From contig OX597814.1 of assembly GCA_951406725.2 (NCBI GenBank), positions 91,016,001-91,080,000 on the forward strand: 64,000 nt of DNA, read 5' to 3'. This DNA is from Octopus vulgaris. Its lineage: Eukaryota. The translations under genes were made by a program, and so were the position numbers. The notes under the pieces were generated by a model. The model was not told where the DNA came from. It searched no databases and saw nothing but the letters and a program-made list of their open reading frames with translations. This document shows, in pieces, positions 37,486-52,624 of this stretch; position 1 is the first letter of the stretch; each line of letters starts with the position of its first letter.

Positions 37486-37801
37486 TGTGGAAACGTGAGT
37501 GGGTGAGGTTATGAGTAAAACACAGACTCCCTATGCCAGTCTGCATTCCGATTGCCATCGACTACAACTATTAGTAGGTAAACTAATTTGGTTTCCGTTT
37601 CACCTTTATACTATTTTTACTTACTCTGTCATAGAAGAAAACTTGGAGAGCTTCAAGAATTAATAACTTCAAAGAAGAGTATCTACCGGTTTATGACCAC
37701 ACATATGTAATAAGAAAACTTCACATATGAAGAGTAGGAGTAGTAGCAGTTTTAACAATAATAGCCATAAAAGTAGTAGTAGTAGCAACAGCAGCAGCAG
37801 C

Positions 37802-37838
<37 letters not shown>

Positions 37839-38130
37839 GTAGTAGTATTATTATTATTATTAGTAGTAGTAGTAGTAGTGATGGTGGTGGTGGTGGTGAT
37901 GGTGGTGGATATTGTAGTACTAGTAGCAGCTGTAACAATAGTATTATTGTTAATAAGAAATATTGTAAATACAATAATTTATCTCATTAAATAGAATTTG
38001 AAATCGAAAGCTTTTTAGTAATTAAATGGGTAGAAGAATAATTATTGATAAAAGTAAAGTAACATATAAAAATACATAAATTAAACGATACATGAAAGAC
38101 AGGAATGAAATAATGCAATTACAAATAACG

Positions 38131-38332
38131 ATTTCAAGTTTTGGCACGCGACCAGCAATTTTAGGAGATTTTATAAGTCAATTTCATCGAATCCCAGTGT
38201 TCAACTGGTTCTCTTCTTATCGACCCCGAAATGATGAAAGGCAAAGGGAACGTGAATTCAGAACCTAAAGACGGAAGAAATGTTAGTAATTCTTTTTCCC
38301 GGCGTACTAACAATTCTGCCAGCTTACCGCTT
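38131..38332 (-). mobile_element. SINE family A
   Basis: TATCGACCCCGAAATGATGAAAGGCAAAG...CTAACAATTCTGCCAGCTTACCGC. Confidence 0.8.
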
Positions 38333-38349
38333 TAATAATAATAATAGTA

Positions 38350-39200
38350 ATAATTTGTTTATTTACTATAATGGCTTACATAAAGTGACAAAACGCTTCA
38401 GGATGATAAAAACCATATGATGACGGGGGGGGGGGGGGTTACATAAAAGTATGTAAACAATAAAATTATATATGATGAAATTTAGACACAGTTCAACACA
38501 GAAATAATTCCCTAAATGGTTAAAATTTCAGAATCGCTCTTGGAAACAACACAAAACTTTGATCACTCTGATCACTATTGGAAGTCGTCTGTCCTCTTCC
38601 TCCTCCCTTGGTCTACAAGCGCATGCTTAGAGGAGACTGATGCACTCGGACCATCCTTGCCACTTTCACCCATATTTGAATAATTTCCCTCTATTTCCTT
38701 TTCAAGTGAAACTTGAAATATTTGATTGTAGACTTTCCAAAGAGGAAGACGTCTGTCTTCAATCTTGTTCAAAACAACGTTTTTCACCAAGGCCACCAGA
38801 CAGATAAAGGCCACCTGCTCTTCCTGGTCAAATGAAGTGGGTGGGACAATCTTCATAAAGAGTTCAGCCGATCACAGGATCCATCTTACGCGCAACAGCT
38901 GGTGTTGGACGTGTAGCCACAAATCAGTAATGCTCAGGCAATGTACGGCTGTGTGCAGGAAAGTTTCGTCATTCTGCGCACATCTTGGGCAGGATAAATT
39001 GACAGCGATTCGATACCTATTTATCTAGAAGAGGCAATGCCCTCTGGAATACTGTCAGGTCAGTGATTTCGGGGAATTTCACATAACTCGTAAGGCTCGT
39101 AAGTCTTCCGTATTTTGTGTGACGATGTAATATTCCCGTGCTAGGTTTTTCCCAGTAGAAAATGCATCTAAAATACTATATTCTATGGGCAAGACCCCAC
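38350..39200 (-). mobile_element. L1/Tx1-like LINE 3' remnant (zf-RVT region)
   Basis: Minus strand SCPRCAQNDETFLHTAVHCLSITDLW fits C..C...ET..H....C....W, followed by MKIVPPTSFDQEEQVAFICLVALVK. Confidence 0.7.
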
Positions 39201-40072
39201 TAAAAGAGATGTAAGTGTGATTTAAGAATATGCGCTCGTGTTTGATTATTTTCGGCGATGCGAGTCTACATTGAATTGCATTCTTGCCGTTTAGTTTGAG
39301 ATGTTGTTACATTGAGCGTAACTCTACTTTCTTCCAGTTGGTATATATGATTCACTGCCTTTTTTTAAAAATATATGTTTGTTCCCTTATGAGATGGCAT
39401 CGTATACATTTTTGATTTGGGCTAAAATTGTCATTTTTTGATGGGTTTATGTTCATTAGGTAGTGTTAAAATCATCGTTGTCGCTGATATTAATGTTTTT
39501 TATATAAGTTGTGATGGTGGTAGTAGTGGTGTTAAAAACACATGATTTACTGCTTGAGGTAACTTTTTTTAGCTCTTTTGCTTGACATGTAATTGTTCTT
39601 GTTGCTGCTTGTGTCGTAAGTATTCTTGTTGTTGTCACTGCAAAATGTTCTTGTTTTTGTTCTAACTGTTATTATCGCCGCTTTTTGCTAATGTCACTGC
39701 TGTTACAGCTTGTATATACATCCTGAGTTATGTGTGGGACGAACTGACTTCGAGAAACCATAGCACCTTCAATCAAAACATTATTTTCTTGGGTCAGCAC
39801 CGAATATAACATCATTTAAAAAGTATTTTTATGTCAAAAAAATAAATGAAAAGTTCTTTTAACATTTTGGAATGCGGGGTAGGGAACAGAAGCAATAGAT
39901 TAGCAGACTATCGTCCCGCGCTACGTATAAAAAAGAATAATAAAATCAACATCAGATTTCTAAGGAAAATGACGCACAATCTCGCAGAATTTCCGAAACA
40001 CGTCTAGCATTGACGATTGATAAGTACAACAGCAGCAAAAACAAAAAAAGAATTACCAACAAACAACAACGA

Positions 40073-40284
40073 TCCTTTCTAATATAGGCACAAGGCCTGA
40101 AATTTTTGAGGGAAAGTGATAGTCGACTACATCGGCCCAAGTACACAACTGTTACTTATTTCATCAATCCTGAAAAGATCAAAAGCAAAGCCGACTTCGG
40201 CGGATTTCAACTCAGAACGTAAACGGACGAAATGCCAATTAGTATTTTGCCAGACGTGCTGACCATTCTGACAGCTAGTTGCCT
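40073..40284 (-). mobile_element. SINE family A
   Basis: ATAGGCACAAGGCCTGAAATTT...AGTCGACTACATCG...AACTCAGAACGTAAAC...ATTCTGACAGCTAGTTGCC. Confidence 0.78.
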
Positions 40285-40287
40285 AAA

Positions 40288-40329
<42 letters not shown>

Positions 40330-40331
<2 letters not shown>

Positions 40332-41610
40332 TTTAGTGTATTCACCACTACATAAAGAGACTGCGGAGGGTATAGAACCATACAATGTCTGGTTATATAT
40401 ATAGAAGCGTGTAAACAGTGAAAACGATAACAAAATAAATTTTAAAAGTTCCCCAAAAGAGGAATACTTCCTAGAGCTACTTGTTGAGATTCCACAAAAC
40501 CACAGTCTAACTGATCTCTTAGGAAAAAAAGGGCCCTCTTCACATCGTCTACCTTGAACCAACACGCATATATCTAAAGTAGGCCCGTTCACTCTGATCA
40601 TTCTTGTCACATTCACCCACCTTTCAATAAAATTGCTGCTTGGTAGCACTTCCCTCAATACTCTCACCATCCTTTCAATTGAAACATGATTAGGTTGATG
40701 AAGGCATTGTCAAAAAGAAAATTTTCTATCTTCATCCCTTTCAATCTGATCACAGCACAACCACTTTCGATAAGACCACCGGACAAATAAACATTGATCT
40801 TCACAATGGACTCACTGATAGAGAAATCTGTCCTACCAGAAACAGCAGATGTTTGACATCAGATACAGGTCTAGAGCGTGCAGAACTGTTTCGTTGTTCT
40901 TCACGCACATCTCGCGTAAGCCTCATTGATTGCATTTCCATGCCTGCTAAGTTTATCCAGAACCGGTAATATTCCACGGGAGAACTGCCAGGCCAATGAT
41001 TTCTGGAAACTATCCATAGGAACGGACACAATAGTCCTCTGGATTAGAATAGTCAGTTGATCAATGCCCACGGTTTCCCCGATAGTGCCGTCGCAATAGG
41101 CCGCCGCTGACCCTCTATAGAACGCCAAATTGGAACTGCCTCCAACAATATTGCTCCAACAACAGAGGACGATGAGCTCCTGACGATATTCTAGGCACAA
41201 GACACCCTGCCTCGGTCTACACTTCAGCCAAGACTGCAACTCAATTAAAGAAACAAGCTGGGGAGGAGTGAGTGTGACAAACGGCTGCCACACCTATTTA
41301 TTATCAAGAAAGAGCTGGAAACGTCTTAGCCACAATGAGTGTTTGTGCATCAGCAGCCATGGAATACTTAGCCCTCTATTCAGTGAGCGTTGACAACTAT
41401 TGAAGCACCTGTCTAATGAAACACGTCCTCTCCAGATAAAGTGGAAGAATAGCACTCCAGTTTTGTCAGACGGTAATACAGGAAGGAGGCGATATATGCA
41501 TTTGCCGCTTCTGCTCCACCTTTCAGAGGTAGCTGTTTCTACATGAGAATGGCTAGCCTGTCTGTCACCTCATCCCATTTCTTCTCCCCCTAACTAATCT
41601 ACTTTAGCAC
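40330..41610 (-). mobile_element. L1/Tx1-like LINE 3' remnant, same type as 38350-39200
   Basis: MDSFQKSLAWQFSRGILPVLDKLSRHG...ARC and FIERWVNVTRMIRVNG resemble the zf-RVT and C-terminal region of Tx1-type ORF2. Confidence 0.65.
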
Positions 41611-42283
41611 CAGGTAATGACGCCCCGAAAAGCTAACCTATATAGATGAGAAAAGAAATGTTTAAAACTCCGAAAGCCATATAATCGCACTATCGTATAC
41701 CACTTGCATTAGACCTGTGTCAGTGACCATGTTGCAGTCAGTGTGACAAAAGTTTTCATACTAAATATCAATTACGTGATTTTAACCGATTTTCTGTTTT
41801 TTAATAGGTAATGTGTCTTGCACTCTGTAATTGATTTAGTTTCAGCACACGATCTCAAAGCAAATCAGTTGCCAGACGAGTATCTCACTTAATATTCAGC
41901 ATATAATTAGATAAGGCAATAAATGTTTCAGTTATGAGAATAATGTAAAAAAAAAGCTATTTCGTGAAAGAGCACGGATATAGTAAACACAGACGTATTG
42001 AGAGATGTTTTAGCTCACCGTAATTTTCACAAAGTGTTTAATGCAAACAGCATCAATATCATTTATGAACAGTGTAACAATAACAAAGCTCGTAACTGAA
42101 GGACACATATGACCTGTGCAATAAACAAAATATGATGAATACGAATTATCTATCAATCAAATTAAGTTCTCATGCTTATAGGGCAGACACCAATAGAATT
42201 AATGTATCTAATAGCGTAAGAGGATTTAAAATCTGGTTTTCACGATCCTACATCCAATTCAGCGATCGAGGAAGCATTGAATA

Positions 42284-42767
42284 TTAGGGCGTCATGTATG
42301 AAATTTGTAGAAAAGAGAAAAAGTTAGTTAATATTTTATAAATACAAGGAATAGTTTTATTCATCACAGTATGCACCCATATTGTCAATACACTTTTACC
42401 ATTTTAGCGGTAGCTTGTCCGGCCCAGAACTGTTTCTGGTCGGCCGCGTTGCTCATTTGTGAGGTTACGGTTACCAGAAGGAAATTTTGCAAACCAATTT
42501 GATACTGTGTGCTGTGTAATAACTTTAGAATGAAATACTCCATTAATATTCCGAGCTGCCTGTGATGCTGTATTTTCAAGAAAGAACTTATATTGCAAAA
42601 CTGTACAAATTTCCGACTTATCCATCTCTAAACAAAAAATAGCAAGAAACGAATTATGAATACTTTATAATGCGCAAAAGTTTGTCAAAATATAATAATG
42701 GCGCAAAATGAGCAGCTGTCAAAGTTTACCATATACATTATTACAAATTTCATACTTGACATCCCAA
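42284..42767 (-). mobile_element. Internally deleted mariner (MITE-like), TA TSDs intact
   Basis: TIRs TA|ttagggcgtcatgtatgaaatttgta and tacaaatttcatacttgacatcccaa|TA; the N-terminal HTH MDKSEI...WFAKFPSGNRNLTNEQRGRP is joined to the last few C-terminal codons. Confidence 0.85.
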
Positions 42768-43265
42768 TACCACCAACCTAATCAACTACCTTGGGGAGGG
42801 GTTGAAAGAACCGTCTGTTATCTCTTGATGTAAGAGTATCAGCGAGCACTTGCACTTAAAGGAAATGAGGCGATTCAATAAAGAGAAATTCGTTACGATA
42901 GTAAAACAGGAACTAGATTTGAGTAAAAGTTATAAGAATTCAAATCTCTTATACGAAAATTATTTCTTTAAGTTCCTTTACAAACAAATTGAAACCTGAC
43001 TGCTGCATTGGCTAAGAATATTCAAATATACGAGAAAATTATAAGTTTCGGGGCGTTCAACGACAATGATCATTCACATACATTCGACATGTGTGTATAA
43101 ATAGTCAAATGTTTCGATAGTATAATCTGCCTCTCAAGTAAATAAGTAAATATATACAGATAGACATATACATACATGCGCACACAAACTCACATAAACA
43201 CAAACACGCATACACAGACACAGACACATGAGCACTCGAGCACATCACACACACGCTCGCATTAC

Positions 43266-43321
<56 letters not shown>

Positions 43322-44560
43322 ATATTCCTGTAGTTACAAGTATGTATGGTCAATGCAGCAATCAGATCTCAGTTTTGTTGAAAACTTAATAATAGAATTA
43401 ATTTTCATATTGACAATTTAACATATGTGCCTTTTACTGCTGCATTGCCTTATTTTCACTTTGTTTTTCCACATTGTATAGAGTATAAAAGTTGATAACT
43501 CTATCTTTGTATCTTTTGTTCATATACGACATGTCGACTCGGCCCGGAAGCGTATCTAACGCTGTGAAGTTTCTAGAAAGTCGCCGGAGGTAGGATTAGA
43601 GTGTGAAATGATCTGCCACACCCATTACATTTGATAACGTGTCTCGCCCTCCAACACACACTCGGACAGAACATAAATATATGTGCGTGTCTGTGTGTGC
43701 GTAAGGAAAAAACACTTTTATGTGTGCTTAAATATATAATAGGAGTTGGCTTTGCATTAATGTATAAAATGGGTGTCAACTTTAAACCATCACTAATTCG
43801 ACATTGTATGTAGAAGGCCATTAAGCTTTATATAACAATTTATAGAGCAGAGTTTTCCATCCATTTTTTACCCAATAAACATAACACCTAGATTTTTACG
43901 ACTTCGTCCCCAGTTTTTTATCATTATTTAATACAGACAGCGGTTGTAATAAAAGTTGACATTAATGTTTTTTCTTATATCCCATTTCATGGCTTTTAAC
44001 GTCCTTTTTGGGTGATATAGATACATTGATAACAACCACTATGGGCTGTTTTGAGCCTAATATTGCGGTCGATATAGAACCTAGGACAAGATATCTTGGG
44101 TAAAAAAAAAAGCATCAAACTCTGAGATGGTTTTACTCTATAGGTGGTCCAAAAATGCCCAACTTGGACAGCAATACATTTCTGGCACAACAACCATGCT
44201 TTAAGGAATACTAGTACTGTCCACTCAAGTGGTTTTAGAGAGGACCAGATACCAAACAGGAAAACTAACGCAAAATTGACAGACAATTGTTGATGTTTCG
44301 CACCGATAATTAATCTTTTCACTGACTTTGATACGCTCTGTCGGATTTCTTGTAAAGACCCTAAAGAGGTGACTGTGTACGACTTTCGGTTCAGGTGTGT
44401 ACTCACTCAAAGTGAGTACAGTGACATCAGTAGCTCTCTTTATCAAACTAATAATATGTATGTATGTATGTTTAGAAGTATATATGTGTCTGTCTCTCAC
44501 TTTATACCTATATCTATCTATGTATCTTCCTATCTATCTATCTATCTATGAGACTATATA

Positions 44561-44607
<47 letters not shown>

Positions 44608-45263
44608 GTAATATATATATATCTATATATATATACATCCATTCACACATACATACATACATACATAGGTACAACAGAGAGAGAGAGAGAGAGGGGGGAA
44701 TAGAAAGGAAGAAGAGAGATATTTAAGCATTGTATATCTTAGTATCTCAAGTAGATATCTGTTTAAGGTGTTAAGGGACAGGTATACAATTTGATCAATA
44801 GCTATGACAAGCAAACAAATAGAAATACATTTATATCATCCGAGACCCGTCGTTGTTGGAGATGTTCCGTTGGCTTTCTCATCAATTTTATTCAAGACTA
44901 CAACGTTTTATACATGTTGCTAACATTCACAAACTTCATGCTGTGTGGTTTCGAAAATGGATGGATAAAATTCTATGAATTAGTAAAAGTTAACAAATAC
45001 ATGTAAACACGTTAAATGCCTTTGATCATAAGTTATTCATGATTTGGCAAACCCATTATATATACACACACAAAACACATAAAAGAAAAGTATCAGATGA
45101 AAAATTACTCAATGCGGGACTTTGAGTTATTTCTGTTTATGTTGATTAGCTCCAACGATTTGGCTGCGATTGCAAAATAGCTTTGATCAAAGGAATTCAA
45201 CGCTAACTCTACCTAAATTTTACAGGTGAATCATAATTTTTACCGCATTATTGATTCTGGACA

Positions 45264-45369
<106 letters not shown>

Positions 45370-45977
45370 TATGATGTATGTATGTATGTATGTATGTATA
45401 TGTGAACACACACATACATGGGCGAGTGCGTGCGTAATGGCTGCTGAATTTTTATTAATTTTGATTATATATTGCGCTCTTTTCATTTAATTGCTTTTAA
45501 AATTTAATTTCCTGAAAAGACAAACTGCGATGTATCACAAACAGGACCCCAAAATTGCTAGAATCCATATGCTATTCTACAGAGCATCAAACACCTCCGG
45601 TATTAGGTGAATAACTACTTGATAAACCTTTGCTATTCTACAGCTTACTTTACCGCACTACGTGAGAGGTTAAGCTTAGACACAAAGTTACATGACGTGT
45701 TCATAGAAGAGCGGTTTCCTAGGTTGCTATTTGTTTTCGTGTTTGGTATTTCCAGATGGCCAACATATGCATACACACAAACGTATGTGTGTGTGCGTGC
45801 TTGCCTGCGTGCGTGCGTGTGGGTATGTATTTACATATACGTGTATGTACTTATGTATGTATGTATGTACGTATGCATGCATGTAATTATGTGTGCATGT
45901 ATTTATGCATGCATATATGCCCGCATTAGCACCCCTGTGTTTAAATAAATCTGCACTTCTACCTTCGAATTATATGC

Positions 45978-46173
45978 TCTTTTACTCTTTTACTTGTTTC
46001 ATTCATTTGACTGGTCATGCTGGAGCACCGCATTTATTTGAGCAAATCGACCCCTGTACTTATTCTTTGTAAGCCTAGTACTCATTCTATCGGGGATGTA
46101 AACACACCAGCATCAGTTGTCAAGCAACGTTGGGGGGACAAACACAGACACACAACCATACACACACACACAC

Positions 46174-46226
<53 letters not shown>

Positions 46227-46385
46227 CATATATACGACGCGGACATCTTTAAGTTTCCGTCAACTAAATCCACTCGTCGGCCCGAGGCTATAGTAGAAGA
46301 CAGTTGCCCAAGATGCCATGAAGTGGGACTGAACCCGGAACCCTGTGGCTGGTAAGCAAGCTACTTACCACGCAGCCACTCCTAC
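45978..46385 (-). mobile_element. CORE-like SINE family E, near full length with an internal (CA/TA)n tract
   Basis: Head gtaggagtggctgcgtggtaagtagcttgc...ggttcagtcccac, CORE cttgggcaactgtcttctactatagcc, tail gtgctccagcatgacc...aacaagtaaaagag. Confidence 0.85.
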
Positions 46386-46436
46386 ACGTTATGTCTTTAT
46401 GTTCGTGAGAGATCTCCAATTGATATAATGAAGCTT

Positions 46437-46537
46437 TAAGGGGGCCAGTTTGCAGAAGCGTTAGCCTGCTGGGCAAAATGTTAAACGGCATTTCGCCCGT
46501 TTTACCTTCTGAGTTCAAATCGGTCTTTGCTCTATCC
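46437..46537 (+). mobile_element. SINE family A head fragment
   Basis: GCAGAAGCGTTAGCCTGCTGGGCAAAATG...TTCTGAGTTCAAATC. Confidence 0.6.
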
Positions 46538-46938
46538 ATATTTTTATTTAGATATTCGCTATAGGAAAGATGTGCTTAAGTAGTGGTTGCCTAATCTAAT
46601 GTATCTATTATGGAAGATAGATTGGCGACCATAAATTTGAAACGTATTTAAACATTACAAAAATAACTGGTGTCTAAATTGTGGATGTTCTGTAATTGGT
46701 TATCTATATGTTTCCATTTTTTGTTGGGTATATGGAAATATTTATTGTTACCTTCTACTAGATGTAACAAACCATCTAAGAACTATGAGTTTTCAATTTG
46801 CATCAATAATTATTTAGTGACAAGGGATGAGAAAAAAATGAATCTGAAATTCTCTCCGAAAGTATCTAAAGTATGGCCATTACAATGACGTGAGTCTGGT
46901 AAACAAGCCTCTCGGTGATACAGATGTTCATTTAGTAG

Positions 46939-46988
<50 letters not shown>

Positions 46989-48350
46989 GCTAGGGAGCTT
47001 GAATAAGAAAGTGCATTTCTGCATACATGCCAAAATATTGATAACACTCGTTGCTCTTGTATGATCTTATCGAAATATCATATAAGGAAGACGTTTCAGA
47101 TTCCTTTTATCAAACGCATCGCACAGTTAAAGTGGAGTTCCTTACGCGTACTTATAACAAGCTCTGTTTCTTACCATCAATAGCGACATAGTGAAGGTTT
47201 TCTTCTGAACATTTTATAGCAAATGCGTATGGAGTTAAGTAAGCATATGCATTTATGACCTATATAGCAAAGTATATAAAACATTATGAAATTTTAAACA
47301 CATTTGATACTAATTAACTTTTAAATTTTTCAAAATTGAAATTAAATAATGCAAATCTAAGGTCAGCTGAGAGTTTAAAAAATAATCATTTTCATTGCAG
47401 TTAGGTTACTGAAACATCAAATGTTTGAAACGTATTTAAACATTAAAAAAATAACTGTTGTCTAAAATATTTGTTATATAACCACTTCTTGTGTGAATCT
47501 AGACAATGCTTAACTAGGAAATTTATGAGAATAAATAGAGCGCAATGGGTATCATCTCAACATCCATCAAGTATCAGACATCGTTGATATCAAACAGAAA
47601 AGATTAATCTTTAATAAGTAGCACTAATCTCCGCGTAAAATACAGACAGTTTATAACAAGGTTTATATATTACCATTCATCATTCTGTCCAAATACTTAA
47701 TTTCTTATCTTTTGAACTTCACCGACTTACTTGGTCGGACACTTGCTAGATTAATATAATGCTACAATAAAAAAAGAGAGCGCATTTCACTTTGTGCAAA
47801 CCATATGCACACACACACACACATGTACGTACATATGTGTGTGTATATGATATGCCGTTAGAAAAAATTTGTTCGAGGTAGAAGCAGTGCACGAACCAAA
47901 ATATAATGTTTATCCCCACTTTAACGAGGGTCTTCTCAAAAGAACGACGATACTACAATTTTAACCTCAGTAAGACAGCTCCTCCAGCGGGTTTATTCAG
48001 TGTGCTTTTCCACTTTCGATATTTATTGCAGGCTGGAGATAACCCCTACCGTCCTAGCGTGGAGACCACGAGGTTAAGTGATTTCGATCTTATTGGATCT
48101 GTTCGGTAGTGGATCCTCGTTTGTGAAGCATGGCAGTAATTTAATCCCGTTTGCAATATACAGAAATTTTCTAACACACTAGTTTTCTGATTACAAAATC
48201 ACTGTATTGTCTATATATTATAAGCGAGGTTAAACTACTGCCATTCCTGGCAAATGAGTGTCCACCAGTAAGATCCAAATCACATGATTTGGTGGTCTCA
48301 AAGCGAAGAAGGCAGAAGTTATCCTCTACTTGCAATAAATATCAAGTGAA

Positions 48351-48393
<43 letters not shown>

Positions 48394-50404
48394 GCACACG
48401 TGTGTGTGTATATGTATAACTGTTTGGCTCACATCGACACTATTTGAAGTGTTGTGAGCATCTAAGACGCGTCCATCTCATTAGAGACTAGGAGGAGAGT
48501 GAAAGATTTTGGAGTAATTCAAGATAATGTCGAGGTGTTTAGGCCGTCTTCGGTCGGCACAGGTCACGTGGTTTTTATGCTATCAAGGCAACACTAATGA
48601 TTTCCTTCATTTCTTCGATAATGTTTTCGTACAGGAGTGTGGCAGAATGTTGGCGGCAGTTTGTGGCATAGTGTTTTCAGTGACACATCCTTTGTGAATT
48701 AGATACTGCACGTAATGGTATGGAATGTTCGTGACAATCAGTAGCTCAGTCGTTGCGTATGAACACAAAGTTGCAGCAATATTTATGTGGGAGTAAATGA
48801 TGTAAAAATTCACTCTGAACTACATGCTAATCCATGATTCCATACGTATACGAGTATGTAATTTCATAAATTTAATGTTGGATAGTTTTATCGGGTAGAA
48901 ATGAAAACCAAATATTGGCATGGCAGTTCAGCTATGTAGATTTATAAAAAGAAGCATTGCTATGATTATTTGTATGCGGCGCCATTAACTGAATGTGTCG
49001 CTTTGTACATCTATGATGGTAACATTCACATCTATTGTGATTTATAGAAATATTAAATAGAAATCGCAACTGAAAAGATGAAAGGCAAACATGATTTGGA
49101 CGTGTTTTGAAATTTAAAAGTAAACTCTACTCCCCTACACTCTATGGTATTCCTACGCACACCACTGCCTAGGTAATCTATTTTCTTTTTAGAATAACTT
49201 GAATATTTATCAATAGTTCTCATAACGATGCTGTCAGTTTTGGTACATTCTACAATTATCGATAATTTATTTCAGTAATCCATTCTGCAGCATGACATGT
49301 GATCACATCCTTTGAAACGGGCAGTATCCTTATAAAAAGGAAGAACCCTATTTGTTCTCTTTGTTGCTTAATAATAATTCAATATCAGAAACAACTATTT
49401 ACTCGGACATTGTTTATATTTTTTTCAGATTATTGTATGTTGCATAATTTGGTGCAACTACATTTAACGAAAGCACAATTTGCCTGGGGGAGCATTACAG
49501 TTCAGGGTTGTAAAAACCCTCGGCTTCCATGAGTAGCGTGGTGATATTCTCTAGATTATTTCGACGCGACCCCTGCCATGGAATGGATCCGAGGGGGATG
49601 GGATATATCGATCAACCAGGCTACGTTTTTAATAATATCTTCCAGTGCTTCGTAACTATAAAAACCCTGTCCCCTCTGACGACAAGATAATGGTTCCACT
49701 CCAGCCTATCGATAGATGCATTTCATTTGGATTTATATAGCTCACAAACTCAAATACCGAGATGCATGATCACACCACTATGTATACACTCGAAATAAAA
49801 AATCTTGCTAGGAAACAGAGAGGATATTTCCTTGATCCTTGACTCTTATTTTAATTGCGAAGCATTTTGGAGTCAGGTAATAAGAATGATTACTGGTTAA
49901 ATATGCTGGTGGAATAACTTTTATTATCCTCAAAGCCACCTGGATTGGCTCCATTTTGGGAGACAATTATGTCATCTTGATCTCACACTGCTAATGGTTT
50001 CATAAATTAACATTATGCTCTGTTGCTTTAAGGAATATATCTGAGAAAAGTTCAAGGCAAGTAGAAAAGGTTGGTCTAAAATTTCAAGTCAGATATTGTG
50101 CGGTAACTGTGATTAAAGAACCTAAATTGGTATGTGTAAATAGTACATAGTATTGTCTCCGTTTCACAAGTATAGATCTGTCGCATTCCTGAAGACTTTC
50201 TCTCTTGTACGTTCGTTTCATTTACTATCTACATATTCTAATTTATTCAATATATATCGGATCGCCCATTGTATCTGTTGGGATAAATGACTAAAAAAAA
50301 AATTTAATTTCTCCTTCTTCATGTTTGAGGTACCAAATATTTTGCGATGTCAGCGTGCTACCTTTTTCATCTCCACTTTATATATTAATGTATGTTTCTG
50401 CGGG

Positions 50405-50645
<241 letters not shown>

Positions 50646-50881
50646 GGTGTGTGAATGTGCATGTGTGTGTGCATGTGCGTGTGTATGTGGGTGCGTATGC
50701 ACATCTGTGCATTCCCAAGAGAGCGGGAAAGGCCACTTAGAAGGCCTCTACGATGATGTGAAGAAGATTTGGCGAAGCAAATTGAGTATTTATAGAACAG
50801 AATGGCGCAATCAAGAGAAAACCAGAAGCGCATTTTGACCAGCTGTGTATAACATCATCTAATGATCAATGCTGCGATACA

Positions 50882-50919
<38 letters not shown>

Positions 50920-52624
50920 TATCCATGCACATATATTTACATAAGTACATAAATATATTTATATGTATATGTATGGATGAATACTTCTAATGTTCACATT
51001 ATGTTTATCAAGTGTTTCAATGTTACAACACAAAAATCAGTGAAAACCAGTATCAACGCTGAAGTTTTGATTTTCAGTCTTCATATAAATATTCCTGCAT
51101 TGTAGACACCACATTAGAGATTAACACGATCTTATCTACTGAATTATATTTCTCCTAACAATCTCTTAGGTTACAGAGTTTTATGGCATTGTCTCAGAAA
51201 TGTATTGATCATAATATTTAGTGCCAAAGGTTACAAAAATTATTAGAATGTATCTTTAATACAGAATCATGATTTAAATTTTAATTTGTCGAGAAAGATC
51301 AGTTTTCTAAGAGTCTGTAATTAGCCATGGTACATTAATTAACTTTATTATTGTTAGTGTAAACATGTGAGTTTATTCGACGTATTCGGGTTCCAGATAT
51401 TTATACTGTCAAATCAAACTGACACTTGAAAATAAAACTTGGGCTGCAGAACGTAATTACAGATCTGTTTACATTACGAAAAGTAAAGGAGTTTTTTTTT
51501 ATTCCCATGACTTGTAAAGATTAGGCATCTCGTTATCTGTTTGACAGGCAAATAATTCGCATATCGTTGAAAGAAAATTATAAAGCAACACATCCATCCA
51601 CATACACACACACACGAAACACAAGCACACGCACAAACACATACACACCAACACACACACGCATTCTTATCGTAAGGATGACAGGCACGGAAAGAAGAAC
51701 CGCGGCTAAGTTTTACGTCGTATGATTTCATTTGATGTGGTAGAAAAAAAACCCAGAAAGTTTCTGTAGGCACCAGTTTTACTATTTGCAGATGACTCTT
51801 CGGAACAGACAAATATACTGGCCTTATAGCAAGTGGTTGAAAATATCTTGCGAGTGAAAACTCTAAAAATTGAATTATCTCTCTGATCAAATATGAAAGA
51901 CGGATTTCCTTTGGGGTTTCATTAGAAGGAATAGGGTATGTGCTTTGGGATAGCAAGCCTTAAAATCTGATTCGCTTTAACACAACCATACGTCTCTATT
52001 GGTTTCTTTGCTGAAATTTCGTTCGTGGAATCTTTTGGGCCAGATCTGAGACCTATGTGGGGGAACAATTGCCACCAATATCAGAGACTCTAAAAGTGGT
52101 AAATTAAGATCGACATTTTTCTTTGATTAAGCAATAAAAACAAAAAATAGTTCGGTCGTATTTGGTCGACACAGTGCTCGATACATGACAAATTATTAAC
52201 AAACATAGCTGAAATAAAATATTTACATTCATGCATAGATCTGAATAGGCACCTATTTTTCTATCTCCACGTTGTAAGTTATCCTGTAAAATTCACGTAG
52301 GTTTAAGCAATAAGAACAATGCGCATATTTAAGAATATTGTTTAAAATTGAAGGGCAACACTGTAATTCTTAATGAATTTTCTAATGAGTATACAGTAAT
52401 GTACGGTAAAAAGTGCTCGGAAATTAATAAAATCCCACCACATTTTGTATATACATAGTAACTTTGACGCAAAAATTTTACATATTCCCGTTAGAATGGA
52501 TTTAAGAGTGAAAAAAGACAAGAACCCATTCAAAGTCAGTGAAAAAAGACAAGAACCCATTCAAAGTCAGTGAAGTCTGTTTTTGTTTGAGATTATTAAT
52601 GATAAATCTATATTTTATATTAAA

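Noticed and set aside
52507-52574. ~31-bp tandem duplication (also a 21-bp one at ~13208-13246)
   Set aside because: Real, but two-copy slippage duplications with no spacer; not an array.
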